Assembly: GCA_964016885.1 (NCBI GenBank)
Contig: OZ024754.1
Span: forward strand, 15,128,001-15,192,000
Reading direction: 5' to 3'
Source: Eledone cirrhosa
Lineage: Eukaryota
DNA: 64,000 nt
Part shown: positions 1 to 19,288 of the stretch, piece by piece
How positions within the stretch are numbered: position 1 is the stretch's first letter
Layout: each line of letters begins with the position of its first letter
Notes under the pieces: model-generated
Databases searched by the model: none
What the model was told of the DNA's origin: nothing
The model's input: only the letters and a program-made list of their open reading frames with translations
Program-made: the position numbers and the translations under genes

Positions 1-83
1 TGAAACTCTTTGGATTTTAGTCTTCAAATTTATTATTATTACTATATATATATATATATATAAATAATAAGAGTAATAATAAT

Positions 84-270
84 AATTGTTTCTACTTTAG
101 GCACAAGGCCAGCAATACCCAGTGCATTACTGGTACTTTATTTTATCGACCCCGTAAGGATGAAAGGCAAAGTCAACCTCGGCGAGATTTGAACTCAGAT
201 CGTAAAGGGACATAACTATGCTGGAAAGCATGGCGTCCGACCCTCTACCGATACTGCCAATCCACCGCCC
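84..270 (-). mobile_element. tRNA-derived SINE with CORE-like domain (family A)
   Basis: The reverse strand has an A box (TGGCAGTATCGG) and a B box (GAGTTCAAATC), followed by GCCTTTCATCCTTACGGGGTCGATAAAATAAAGTACCAG. Further copies lie at 30395, 30766, 56625 and 57410. Confidence 0.8.
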
Positions 271-458
271 TAGTTATATTAGGAAGCTGTCTAATATAAT
301 GACAGCCTCCTACTTTAATGGTCGCTATATTTATAAAACTGTTTATATATTGTATTTTATCTGACAAAGGCATGCCATATTTTTAATATGGTATCCCTGA
401 AATATGTATAATGAAATAAATATGGTTTTATAAATATAGTTTCCATTTGTTTAATATC

Positions 459-503
<45 letters not shown>

Positions 504-602
504 TGACAGTGAAAGGTTTGCATTATCTATTTTCAAATTTACCTCAAGTCCTACCGAACTAACTTTAATCTACCTACCTATCTATCTACCTATTTTTCTA
601 TC

Positions 603-1195
603 TATTGTAACGATCAAGCCGCCTCCTCTCTTCAAAAACGAAGGAGAGGCGGTGTTTCTGTGCGTAATAGCCGTGGCGAAAGAGGTTGTGTGGTGGACGC
701 GTCTGAAACGACTGAGGTCAGGCACCTTTCTCTCTGGCCAACAACTCGTCTGTTTCTTCCGATATCATTTCGGAAGAAGGATCAGGATGGAGAGAGAGGT
801 GCTGCACCCCAGCCGTTTTTATGAAAGATGGGTGAAAGTGGCGAGAATGGCACTTGTGAATGGGCCTTCACTCTACATCAGACTGTAGGTGATAAAGATG
901 AATGATCAAGGGAGCACCCTCTCTCTGTGCTCCTGAGGAGAAGGGTTGCACACTTTTTTCGGGGGGGGGTGCGACCCCCCCCCCCCAAGGCGCCTCCTCC
1001 CTATTGAGGATTTTGTTATTCAATTTATTTTTGTTATATTTTATAATTTTATATTTTGTTATTGCCTCCTCCTTAGTGAGGACGCCTTTTTATGTAAACT
1101 ACCCCCATTGTACTTGTCCCACTCTTTGATGCCCTGGTGGCAAATAAAAAGAAAGTTATCTATCTATCTATCTATCTATTTATCTATCTATCTCA
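603..1195 (+). mobile_element. 5'-truncated Tx1/L1-type LINE (ORF2 end and 3' UTR)
   Basis: Homologous to 25797-26340 (VVWWTRLK...ERWVKVARM). It ends in AATAAA plus (TATC)n, and TCTA repeats also lie upstream. Confidence 0.85.
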
Positions 1196-1659
1196 CCATG
1201 TGTCTGTCGCTCTAACTTTATTATATAATGAACTCCTCCAACCTATTAGACCGAAAGTGTATTCTTCAGATATGTCAATCAATTCACCTTAACCTTTGTT
1301 ATCCCTCTGCCTCTCTCTCTCCCCCCTCTCTCACTTTCTTTCTCGTCTTTTCACTGTCTCCTTTTCTCAAGATTCACAATCTCAAGAGTGATTCTTCTTC
1401 ACGAGACCAATAGACTCCAAATTAAAAAAGTATAACAAAAATAAAGAGTTCGGCGTCTGTCCATAAGATGAAAAGACGTAAGTTGTCAGTTAATTCCACA
1501 AGAAAACTGACTTATCTAACACCTACCATTCACTTGATGATTAACTATTCAAGTGCATCATAATTTATTAATTTGATTAATTGATAGTGAACAATTTATG
1601 ATTTGTTCTACAGATTGATTGATGATTAAACGCGGACGACTAACTCTCGTAGAACAGAC

Positions 1660-2082
1660 CGGCAGACACACAGCCAGACAGATACACACATAGATACACA
1701 GACACACACCCATACATATACACAGACACATACCCATACAGATACACACATAGATACACAGACACACAGCCATACAGATACACACATAGATACACAGACA
1801 CACAGCCATACAGATACACACATAGATACACAGACACACACCCATACAGATACACAGACACACACCCATACAGATACACACATAGATACACAGACACACA
1901 CCCATACAGATACACACATAGATACACAGACACACACCCACATAGATACACACATAGATACACAGATACACACCCATACAGATACACACATGGATACACA
2001 GACGCACACCCATACAGATACACACACAGATACACAGACGCACAGCCATACAGATACACACATAGATACACAGACACACAGC
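1660..2082. repeat. Short block of the 24/36-bp minisatellite
   Basis: CAGATACACA(CATAGATACACA)GACACACACCCATA units. Confidence 0.9.
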
Positions 2083-2322
2083 AAGACAGAATTGAGGAAA
2101 TATGGTAATTAACAATGAAACACCACACTACGTACTCTATATTTTAGAAGGTAAAGTCTACGAAATTGATAATTAGAATTCAAGAAACAAGACCCCGTCA
2201 GGGATGTTTCACGCACATTATCTCTATTTGCCTGTCTGTCTGTCTGACTGTCTGTCTGACTGTCTGTCTTTTTATCTCTTCCCTATTACACACACATCGA
2301 TACACTCACACGCACACGCACG

Positions 2323-5300
2323 TACAGATACACACATAGATACACAGACACACACCCATACAGATACACACATAGATACACAGACACACACCCATACAGA
2401 TACACACACAGATACACAGACACACACCCATACAGATACACACACAGATACACAGACACACACCCATACAGATACACACACAGATACACAGACACACACC
2501 CATACAGATACACAGACACACACCCATACAGATACACACACAGATACACAGACACACACCCATACAGATACACACTTAAATACACAGACACACACCCATA
2601 CAGATACACACATAGATACACAGACACACACCCATACAGATACACACATAGATACACAGACACACACCCATACAGATACACACACAGATACACAGACACA
2701 CACCCATACAGATACACACACAGATACACAGACACACACCCATACAGATACACACATAGATACACAGACACACACCCATACAGATACAGACATAGATACA
2801 CAGACACACACCCATACAGATACACAGACACACACCCATACAGATACACAGACACACACCCATACAGATACACACATAGATACACAGACACACACCCATA
2901 CAGATACACACACAGATACACAGACACACACCCATACAGATACACAGACACACACCCATACAGATACACAGACACACACCCATACAGATACACACACAGA
3001 TACACAGACACACACCCATACAGATACACAGACACACACCCATACAGATACACACACAGATACACAGACACACACCCATACAGATACACAGACACACACC
3101 CATACAGATACACAGACACACACCCATACAGATACACACACAGATACACAGACACACACGCATACAGATACACAGACACACACCCATACAGATACACAGA
3201 CACACACCCATACAGATACACACACAGATACACAGACACACACCCATACAGATACACACATAGATACACAGACACACACCCATACAGATGCACACATAGA
3301 TACACAGACACACACCCATACAGATACACACACAGATACACAGACACACACCCATACAGATACACAGACACACACCCATACAGATACACACATAGATACA
3401 CAGACACACACCCACATAGATACACACATAGATACACAGACACACACCCATACAGATACACACATGAATACACAGACGCACACCCATACAGATACACACA
3501 CAGATACACAGACGCACACCCATACAGATACACACACAGATACACAGACAAACACCAATACAGATACACACACAGATACACAGACACACACCCATACAGA
3601 TGCACACATAGATACACAGACACACACCCATACAGATACACACACAGATACACAGACACACACCCATACAGATACACACATAGATACACAGACACACACC
3701 CATACAAATACACACATAGATACACAGACACACACCCACATAGATACACACATAGATACACAGACACACACCCATACAGATACACACATGGATACACAGA
3801 CGCACACCCATACAGATACACACACAGATACACAGACGCACACCCATACAGATACACACACAGATACACAGACGCACACCCATACAGATACACACACAGA
3901 TACACAGACAAACACCAATACAGATACACACACAGATACACAGACACACACCCATACAGATACACACACAGATACACAGACACACACCCATACAGATACA
4001 CACACAGATACACAGACACACACCCATACAGATACACACATAGATACACAGACGCACACCCATACAGATACACACACAGATACACAGACAAACATCAATA
4101 CAGATACACACACAGATACACAGACACACACCCATACAGATACACACTTAGATACACAGACAAACACCAATACAGATACACACACAGATACACAGACACA
4201 CACCCATACAGATACACAGACACACACCCATACAGATACACACACAGATACACAGACACACACCCATACAGATACACACATAGATACACAGACACACACC
4301 CATACAGATACACAGACACACACCCATACAGATACACACATAGATACACAGACACACACCCATACAGATGCACACATAGATACACAGACACACACCCATA
4401 CAGATACACACATAGATACACAGACACACACCCATACAGATGCACACATAGATACACAGACACACACCCATACAGATACACACATAGATACACAGACACA
4501 CACCCATACAGTTACACACATAGATACACAGACACACACCCATACAGATACACACACAGATACACAGACACACACCCATACAGATACACAGACACACACC
4601 CATACAGATACACAGACACACACCCATACAGATACACACACAGATACACAGACACACACCCATACAGATACACAGACACACACCCATACAGATACACAGA
4701 CACACACCCATACAGATACACAGACACACACCCATACAGATACACACACAGATACACAGACACACACCCATACAGATACACAGACACACACCCATACAGA
4801 TACACAGACACACACCCATACAGATGCACACATAGATACACAGACACACACCCATACAGATACACACATAGATACACAGACACACACCCATACAGATACA
4901 CACACAGATACACAGACACACACCCATACAGATACACACACAGATACACAGACACACACCCATACAGATACACAGACACACACCCATACAGATACACAGA
5001 CACACACCCATACAGATACACACATAGATACACAGACACACACCCATACAGATACACACACAGATACACAGACACACACCCATACAGATACACAGACACA
5101 CACCCATACAGATACACAGACACACACCCATACAGATACACACACAGATACACAGACACACACCCATACAGATACACAGACACACACCCATACAGATACA
5201 CAGACACACACCCATACAGATACACACACAGATACACAGACACACACCCATACAGATACACAGACACACACCCATACAGATACACAGACACACACCCATA

Positions 5301-8300
5301 CAGATACACACACAGATACACAGACACACACGCATACAGATACACAGACACACACCCATACAGATACACAGACACACACCCATACAGATACACACACAGA
5401 TACACAGACACACACCCATACAGATACACACATAGATACACAGACACACACCCATACAGATGCACACATAGATACACAGACACACACCCATACAGATACA
5501 CACACAGATACACAGACACACACCCATACAGATACACAGACACACACCCATACAGATACACACATAGATACACAGACACACACCCACATAGATACACACA
5601 TAGATACACAGACACACACCCATACAGATACACACATGGATACACAGACGCACACCCATACAGATACACACACAGATACACAGACGCACACCCATACAGA
5701 TACACACACAGATACACAGACGCACACCCATACAGATACACACACATATACACAGACAAACACCAATACAGATACACACACAGATACACAGACACACACC
5801 CATACAGATGCACACATAGATACACAGACACACACCCATACAGATACACACACAGATACACAGACACACACCCATACAGATACACAGACACACACCCATA
5901 CAGATACACACATAGATACACAGACACACACCCATACAAATACACACATAGATACACAGACACACACCCACATAGATACACACATAGATACACAGACACA
6001 CACCCATACAGATACACACATGGATACACAGACGCACACCCATACAGATACACACACAGATACACAGACGCACACCCATACAGATACACACACAGATACA
6101 CAGACAAACACCAATACAGATACACACACAGATACACAGACACACACCCATACAGATACACACACAGATACACAGACACACACCCATACAGATACACACA
6201 CAGATACACAGACACACACCCATACAGATACACACATAGATACACAGACGCACACCCATACAGATACACACACAGATACACAGACAAACACCAATACAGA
6301 TACACACACAGATACACAGACACACACCCATACAGATACACACTTAGATACACAGACAAACACCAATACAGATACACACATAGATACACAGACACACACC
6401 CATACAGATACACAGACACACACCCATACAGATACACACACAGATACACAGACACACACCCATACAGATACACACATAGATACACAGACACACACCCATA
6501 CAGATACACAGACACACACCCATACAGATACACACATAGATACACAGACACACACCCATACAGATGCACACATAGATACACAGACACACACCCATACAGA
6601 TACACACATAGATACACAGACACACACCCATACAGATGCACACATAGATACACAGACACACACCCATACAGATACACACATAGATACACAGACACATACC
6701 CATACAGTTACACACATAGATAAACAGACACACACCCATACAGATACACAGACACACACCCATACAGATACACAGACACACACCCATACAGATACACACA
6801 CAGATACACAGACACACACCCATACAGATACACAGACACACACCCATACAGATACACAGACACACACCCATACAGATACACACACAGATACACAGACACA
6901 CACCCATACAGATACACAGACACACACCCATACAGATACACAGACACACACCCATACAGATACACACACAGATACACAGACACACACCCATACAGATACA
7001 CAGACACACACCCATACAGATACACAGACACACACCCATACAGATGCACACATAGATACACAGACACACACCCATACAGATACACACATAGATACACAGA
7101 CACACACCCATACAGATACACACACAGATACACAGACACACACCCATACAGATACACACACAGATACACAGACACACACCCACACAGACACACACCCATA
7201 CAGATACACAGACACACACCCATACAGATGCACACATAGATACACAGACACACACCCATACAGATGCACACATAGATACACAGACACACACCCATACAGA
7301 TGCACACATAGATACACAGACACACACCCATACAGATACACACATAGATACACAGACACACACCCATACAGATACACACACAGATACACAGACACACACC
7401 CATACAGATACACAGACACACACCCATACAGATACACACATAGATACACAGACACACACCCATACAGATACACACATAGATACACAGACACACACCCATA
7501 CAGATACACACAGAGATACACAGACACACACCCATACAGATACAAACACAGATACACAGACACACCCATACAGATACACAGACACACACCCATACAGATA
7601 CACACACAGATACACAGACACACACCCATACAGATACACACACAGATACACAGACACACACCCATACAGATACAAACACAGATACACAGACACACCCATA
7701 CAGATACACAGACACACACCCATACAGATACACACACAGATACACAGACACACACCCATAGAGATACACACATAGATACACAGACACACACCCATACAGA
7801 TACACACATAGATACACAGACACACACCCATACAGATACACACACAGATACACAGACACACACCCATACAGATACACACACAGATACACAGACACACACC
7901 CATACAGATACACACACAGATACACAGACACACACCCATACAGATACACAGACACACACCCATACAGATACACAGACACACACCCATACAGATACACACA
8001 CAGATACACAGACACACACCGATACAGATACACAGACACACACCCATACAGATACACACATAGATACACAGACACACACCCATACAGATACACACATAGA
8101 TACACAGACACACACCCATACAGATACACACATAGATACACAGACACACACCCATACAGATACACACTTAGATACACAGACACACACCCATACAGATACA
8201 CAGACACACACCCATACAGATACACACATAGATACACAGACACACACCCATACAGATACACAGACACACACACATACAGATACACACATAGATACACAGA

Positions 8301-11300
8301 CACACACCCATACAGATACACAGACACACACCCACATAGATACACACATAGATACACAGACACACACCCATACAGATACACACATAGATACACAGACACA
8401 CACACATACAGATACACACATAGATACACAGACGCACACCCACATAGATACACACATAGATACACAGACACACACCCATACAGATACACAGACACACACC
8501 CATACAGATACACACTTAGATACACAGACACACACCCATACAGATACACACTTAGATACACAGACACACACCCATACAGATACACACTTAGATACACAGT
8601 CACACACCCATACAGATACACAGACACACACCCACATAGATACACACATAGATACACAGACACACACCCATACAGATACACACATAGATATACAGACACA
8701 CACCCATACAGATACACACATAGATACACAGACACACACCCACATAGATACACACATAGATACACAGACACACACCCATACAGATACACACATGGATACA
8801 CAGACACACACCCATACAGATACACACACAGATACACAGACACACACCCATACAGATACACACTTAGATACACAGACAAACACCAATACAGATACACACT
8901 TAGATACACAGACACACACCCATACAGATACACAGACACACACCCATACAGATACACACATAGATACACAGACACACACCCATACAGATACACACATAGA
9001 TACACAGACACACACCCATACAGATACACACATAGATACACAGACACACACCCATACAGATACACACACAGATACACAGACACACACCCATACAGATACA
9101 CACATAGATACACAGACACACACCTATACAGATACACACTTAGATACACAGACACACACCCATACAGATACACACAGATACACAGACACACACCCATACA
9201 GATACACAGACACACACCCATACAGATACACACATAGATACACAGACACACACCCATACAGATACACACATAGATACACAGACACACATCCATACAGATA
9301 CACACATAGATACACAGACACACACCCATAGAGATACACAGACACACACCCATACAGATACACACTTAGATACACAGACACACACCCATACAGATACTCA
9401 GACACACACCCATAAAGATACTCAGACACACACCCATACAGATACACACACAGATACACAGACACACACCCATACAGATACACAGACACACACCCATACA
9501 GATACACACATAGATACACAGACACACACCCATACAGATACACACATAGATACACAGACACACACCCATACAGATACACACACAGATACACAGACACACA
9601 CCCATACAGATACACAGACACACACCCATACAGATACACACACAGATACACAGACACACACCCATACAGATACACACATAGATACACAGACACACACCCA
9701 TACAGATACACCCACAGATACACAGACACACACCCACATAGATACACACACAGATACACAGACACACACCCATACAGATACACAGACACACACCCATACA
9801 GATACACACATAGATACACAGACACACACCCATACAGATACACAGACACACACCCATACAGATACACACATAGATACACAGACACACACCCATACAGATA
9901 CACAGACACACACCCATACAGATACACACACAGATACACAGACACACACCCATACAGATACACACATAGATACACAGACACACACCCATACAGATACACA
10001 CATAGATACACAGACACACACCCATACAGATACACACACAGATACACAGACACACACCCATACAGATACACACTTAGATACACAGACACATACCCATACA
10101 GATACACACACAGATACACAGACACACACCCATACAGATACACAGACACACACCCAAACAGATACACACATAGATACACAGACACACACCCATACAGATA
10201 CACAGACACACACCCATACAGATACACAGACACACAACCATACAGATACACACACAGATACACAGACACACACCCATACAGATACACAGACACACACCCA
10301 TACAGATACACACACAGATACACAGACACACACCCATACAGATACACAGACACACACCCATACAAATACACAGACACACACCCATACAGATACACACACA
10401 GATACACAGACACACACCCATACAGATACACACATAGATACACAGACACACACCCATACAGATACACAGACACACACCCATACAGATACACACATAGATA
10501 CACAGACACACACCCATACAGATGCACACATAGAGACACAGACACACACCCATACAGATACACACACAGATACACAGACACACACCCATACAGATACACA
10601 GACACACACCCATACAGATACACACATAGATACACAGACACACACCCATACAGATACACACATAGATACACAGACACACACCCACATAGATACACACATA
10701 GATACACAGACACACACCCATACAGATACACACATGGATACACAGACACACACCCATACAGATACACACACAGATACACAGACACACACCCATACAGATA
10801 CAGAGACACACACCCATACAGATACACACACAGATACACAGACACACACCCATACAGATACACACATAGATACACAGACACACACCCATACAGATACACA
10901 CATAGATACACAGACACACACCCATACAGATACACACATAGATACACAGACACACACCCATACAGATACACACATAAATACACAGACACACACCCATACA
11001 GATACACACATAGATACACAGACACACACCCATACAGATACACACACAGATACACAGACACACACCCATACAGATACACACATAGATACACAGACACACA
11101 CCCATACAGATACAAAGACACACACCCATACAGATACACACTTAGATACACAGACACACACCCATACAGATACACACATAGATACACAGACACACACCCA
11201 TACAGATACACAGACACACACCCATACAGATACACACACAGATACACAGACACACACCCATACAGATACACACATAGATACACAGACACACACCCATACA

Positions 11301-14300
11301 GATACACAGACACACACCCATACAGATACACACATAGATACACAGACACACACCCATACAGATACACACTTAGATACACAGACAAACACCAATACAGATA
11401 CACACTTAGATACACAGACACACACCCATACAGATACACACATAGATACACAGACACACACCCATACAGATACACACATAGATACACAGACACACACCCA
11501 TACAGATACACACATAGATACACAGACACACACCCATACAGATACACACACAGATACACAGACATACACCCATACAGATACACACATAGATACACAGACA
11601 CACACCTATACAGATACACACATAGATACACAGACTCACACCCATACAGATACACACAGATACACAGACACACACCCATACAGATACACAGACACACACC
11701 CATACAGATACACACATAGATACACAGACACACACCCATACAGATACACACATAGATACACAGACACACACCCATACAGATACACACATAGATACACAGA
11801 CACACACCCATACAGATACACACATAGATACACAGACACACACCCATAGAGATACACAGACACACACCCATACAGATACACACTTAGATACACAGACACA
11901 CACCCATACAGATACTCAGACACACACCCATACAGATACTCAGACACACACCCATACAGATACACACACAGATACACAGACACACACCCATACAGATACA
12001 CAGACACACACCCATACAGATACACACATAGATACACAGACACACACCCATACAGATACACACATAGATACACAGACACACACCCATACAGATACACACA
12101 CAGATACACAGACACACACCCATACAGATACACAGACACACACCCATACAGATACACACACAGATACACAGACACACACCCATAAAGATACACACATAGA
12201 TACACAGACACACACCCATACAGATACACCCACAGATACACAGACACACACCCACATAGATACACACAGAGATACACAGACACACACCCATAGAGATACA
12301 CAGACACCCCACCCATACAGATACACACACAGATACACAGACACACACCCATACAGATGCACACTTAGATACACAGACACACACCCATACAGATACACAC
12401 ATAGATACACAGACACACACCCATACAGATACAGACATAGATTCACAGACACACACCCATACAGATACACACATAGATACAGACACACACCCATACAGAT
12501 ACACACATAGATACACAGACACACACCCATACAGATACAGACATAGATACACAGACACACACCCATAGAGATACACACATAGATACACAGACACACACCC
12601 ATACAGATACACACATAGATACACAGACACACACCCATACAGATACACACATAGATACACAGACACACACCCATACAGATACACACACAGATACACAGAC
12701 ACACACCCATACAGATACACAGACACACACCCATACAGATACACAGACACACACCCATACAGATACACACACAGATACACAGACACACACCCATACAGAT
12801 ACACAGACACACACCCATACATATACACAGACACACACCCATACAGATACACACACAGATACACAGACACACACCCATACAGATACACACATAGATACAC
12901 AGACACACACCCATACAGATACACAGACACACACCCATACAGATACACACATAGATACACTGACACACACCCATACAGATGCACACATAGATACACAGAC
13001 ACACACCCATATAGATACACAGACACACACCCATACAGATACACACATAGATACACAGACACACACCCATACAGATACACACATAGATACACAGACACAC
13101 ACCCATACAGATACACACACAGATACACAGACACACACCCATACAGATACACACACAGATACACAGACACACACCCATACAGATACATACTTAGATACAC
13201 AGACACACACCGATACAGATACACACATAGATACACAGACACACACCCATACAGATACACACTTACATACACAGACACACACCCATACAGATACACACAG
13301 AGATACACAGACACACACCCATACAAATACCCAGACACACACCCATACAGATACACACATAGATACACAGATACACAGACACACACCCATACAGATACAC
13401 AGACACACACCCATACAGATACACACTTAGATACACAGACACACACCCATACAGATACACACATAGATACACAGACACACACCCATACAGATACACAGAC
13501 ACACACCCATACAGATACACACACAGATACACAGACACACACCCATACAGATACACAGACACACACCCATACAGATACACACATAGATACACAGACACAC
13601 ACCCATACAGATACACACACAGATACACAGACACACACCCATACAGATACACACTTAGATACACAGACACATACCCATACAGATACACACACAGATACAC
13701 AGACACACACCCATACAGATACACAGACACACACCCATACAGATACACACATAGATACACAGACACACACCCATACAGATACACAGACACATACCCATAC
13801 AGATACACACATAGATACACAGACACACACCCATACAGATACACAGACACACACCCATACAGATACACACATAGATACACAGACACACACCCATACAGAT
13901 ACACAGACACACATCCATACAGATACACAGACACACACCCATACAGATACACACATAGATAGACAGACACACACCCATACAGATACACAGACACATACCC
14001 ATACAGATACACACATAGATACACAGACACACACCCATACAGATACACAGACACACACCCATACAGATACACACATAGATACACAGACACACACCCATAC
14101 AGATACACAGACACATACCCATACAGATACACACATAGATACACAGACACACACCCATACAGATACACACATAGATACACAGACACACACCCATACAGAT
14201 ACACACATAGATACACAGACACACACCCATACAGATACACAGACACACACCCATACAGATACACACATAGATACACAGACACACACCCATACAGATACAC

Positions 14301-17300
14301 AGACACATACCCATACAGATACACACATAGATACACAGACACACACCCATACAGATACACAGACACACACCCATACAGATACACACATAGATACACAGAC
14401 ACACACCCATACAGATACACAGACACACACCCATACAGATACACACATAGATACACAGACACACACCCATACAGATACACAGACACACACCCATACAGAT
14501 ACACACACAGATACACAGACACACACCCATACAGATACACAGACACACACCCATACAGATACACACATAGATACACAGACACACACCCATACAGATACAC
14601 ACACAGTTACACAGACACACACCCATACAGATACACACTTAGATACACAGACACATACCCATACAGATACACACACAGATACACAGACACACACCCATAC
14701 AGATACACAGACACACGCCCATACAGATACACACATAGATACACAGACACACACCCATACAGATACACAGACACATACCCATACAGATACACACATAGAT
14801 ACACAGACACACACCCATACAGATACACAGACACACACCCATACAGATACACACATAGATACACAGACACACACCCATACAGATACACAGACACACCCAT
14901 ACAGATACACAGACACACACCCATACAGATACACACATAGATAGACAGACACACACCCATACAGATACACAGACACATACCCATACAGATACACACATAG
15001 ATACACAGACACACACCCATACAGATACACAGACACACACCCATACAGATACACACATAGATACACAGACACACACCCATACAGATACACAGACACATAC
15101 CCATACAGATACACACATAGATACACAGACACACACCCATACAGATACACACATAGATACACAGACACACACCCATACAGATACACACAGATACACAGAC
15201 ACACACCCATACAGATACACAGACACACACCCATACAGATACACACATAGATACACAGACACACACCCATACAGATACACAGACACATACCCATACAGAT
15301 ACACACATAGATACACAGACACACACCCATACAGATACACAGACACACACCCATACAGATACACACATAGATACACAGACACACACCCATACAGATACAC
15401 AGACACACACCCATACAGATACACAGACACACACCCATACAGATACACAGACACACACCCATACAGATACACAGACACACACCCATACAGATACACAGAC
15501 ACACACCCAAACAGATACACACACAGATACACAGACACACACCCATACAGATACACACTTAGATACACAGACAAACACCAATACAGATACACACTTAGAT
15601 ACACAGACACACACCCATACAGATACACAGACACACACCCATACACACACCCATACAGATACACAGACACACACCCATAAAGATACACAGACACACACCC
15701 ATACAGATACACAGACACACACCCATACAGATACACAGACACACACCCATACAGATACACAGACACACACCCATACAGATACACACATAGATACACAGAC
15801 ACACACCCATACAGATACACAGACACACACCCATACAGATACACAGACACACACCCATACAGATACACAGACACACACCCATACAGATACACACACAGAT
15901 ACACAGACACACACCCATACAGATACACAGACACACACCCATACAAATACACAGACACACACCCATACAGATACACACACAGATACACAGACACACACCC
16001 ATACAGATACACACTTAGATACACAGACAAACACCAATACAGATACACACTTAGATACACAGACACACACCCATACAGATACACAGACACACACCCATAC
16101 AGATACACACACAGATACACAGACACACACCCATACAGATACACACATAGATACACAGACACACACCCATACAGATACACACATAGATACACAGACACAC
16201 ACCCATACAGATACACACATAGATACACAGACACACACCCATACAGATACACACATAGATACACAGACACACACCCATACAGATACACACATAGATACAC
16301 AGACACACACCCATACAGATACACACACAGATACACAGACACACACCCATACAGATACACACATAGATACACAGACACACACCCATACAGATACACACTT
16401 AGATACACAGACACACACCCATACATATACACACACAGATACACAGACACACACCCATACAGATACACACACAGATACACAGACACACACCCATACAAAT
16501 ACACACACACACACACCCATACAGATACACACATAGATACACAGACACACACCCATACAGATACACACATAGATACACAGACACACACCCATACAGATAC
16601 ACACATAGATACACAGACACACACCCATACAGATACACACATAGATACACAGACACACACCCATACAGATACAAAGACACACACCCATACAGATACACAC
16701 TTAGATACACAGACACACACCCATACAGATACACACATAGATACACAGACACACACCCATACAGATACACAGACACACACCCATACAGATACACACACAG
16801 ATACACAGACACACACCCATACAGATACACAGACACACACCCATACAGATACACACATAGATACACAGACACACACCCATACAGATACACACATAGATAC
16901 ACAGACACACACCCATACAGATACACACATAGATACACAGACACACACCCATACAGATACACACACAGATACACAGACACACACCCATACAGATACACAC
17001 TTAGATACCCAGACACATACCCATACAGATACACACATAGATACACAGACACACACCCATACAGATACACAGACACATGCCCATACAGATACACACATAG
17101 ATACACAGACACACACCCATACAGATACACACATAGATACACAGACACACACCCATACAGATACACACACAGATACACAGACACACACCCATACAGATAC
17201 ACAGACACACACCCATACAGATACACACATAGATACACAGACACACACCCATACAGATACACAGACACATACCCATACAGATACACACATAGATACACAG

Positions 17301-19188
17301 ACACACACCCATACAGATACACAGACACACACCCATACAGATACACAGACACATACCCATACAGATACACACACAGATACACAGACACACACCCATACAG
17401 ATACACAGACTCACACCCATACAGATACACACATAGATACACAGACACACACCCATACAGATACACACACAGATACACAGACACACACCCATACAGATAC
17501 ACACATAGATACACAGACACACACCCATACAGATACACAGACACATACCCATACAGATACACACATAGATACACAGACACACACCCATACAGATACACAA
17601 ACACACACCCATACAGATACACAGACACACACCCATACAGATACACACATAGATACACAGACACACACCCATACAGATACACAGACACATACCCATACAG
17701 ATACACACATAGATACACAGACACACACCCATACAGATACACAAACACACACCCATACAGATACAGAGACACACACCCATACAGATACACACACAGATAC
17801 ACAGACACACACCCATACAGATACACACATAGATACACAGACACACACCCATACAGATACACACATAGATACACAGACACACACCCATACAGATACACAG
17901 ACACACACCCATACAGATACACACATAGATACACAGACACACACCCATACAGATACACAGACACATACCCATACAGATACACACATAGATACACAGACAC
18001 ACACCCATACAGATACACAGACACACACCCATACAGATACACACATAGATACACAGACACACGCCCATACAGATACACAGACACACACCCATACAGATAC
18101 ACACATAGATACACAGACACACACCCATACAGATACACAGACACACACCCATACAGATACACACATAGATACACAGACACACACCCATACAGATACACAC
18201 ATAGATACACAGACACACACCCCTACAGATGCACACTTAAATACACAGACACACACCCATACAGATACACACATAGATACACAGACACACACCCATACAG
18301 ATACACACTTAAATACACAGACACACACCCATACAGATACACACTTAAATACACAGACACATACCCATACAGATACACACATAGATACACAGACACACAC
18401 CCATACAGATACACAGACACACACCCATACAGATACACACATTGATACACAGACACACACCCATACATACACACACACAGATACACAGACACACACCCAT
18501 ACCGATACACACTTAGATACACAGACACACACCCATACAGATACACACTTAGATACACAGACACACACCCATACAGATACACACTTAGATACACAGACAC
18601 ACACCCATACATATACACACACAGATACACAGACACACACCCATACAGATACACACATAGATACACAGACACACACCCATACAGATACACACATAGATAC
18701 ACAGACACACACCCATACAGATACACACTTAGATACACAGACACACACCCATACAGATACACACACAGATACACAGACACACACCCATACAGATACACAC
18801 ATAGATACACAGACACACAACCATACAGATACACACACACCCATACAGATACACACACAGATACACAGACACACACCCATATAGATACACAGACACACAC
18901 CCATACATATACACAGACACACACCCATACAGATACACACATAGATACACAGACACACACCCACACAGATACACACTTAGATACACAGACACACACCCAT
19001 ACAGATACACACTTAGATACACAGACACACACCCATACAGATACACACTTAGATACACAGACACACACCCATACAGATACACAGACACACACCCATACAG
19101 ATACACACATAGATACACAGACACACACCCATACAGATACACAGACACACACCCACATACTTACACACATAGATACACAGACACACAT
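2323..19188. repeat. ~17 kb minisatellite of interspersed 24-bp and 36-bp units
   Basis: The units are CAGATACACAGACACACACCCATA (24 bp) and CAGATACACACATAGATACACAGACACACACCCATA (36 bp). They explain the THTDTQ/VCVCVS pseudo-ORFs. Confidence 0.97.
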
Positions 19189-19288
19189 CCATATATTTTT
19201 ATTTATAGACGGGGGGGGGCACACTTGCATTTACATAGATGGTGACAGATATCTACAGACAGACAAATGCACCGTCAGTTTTGCACAT

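Noticed and set aside
2204-19230. Very long ORFs (up to 2375 aa, THTDTQ / VCVCVS)
   Set aside because: They are translations of a 24/36-bp minisatellite, open in several frames on both strands with no unique domain.
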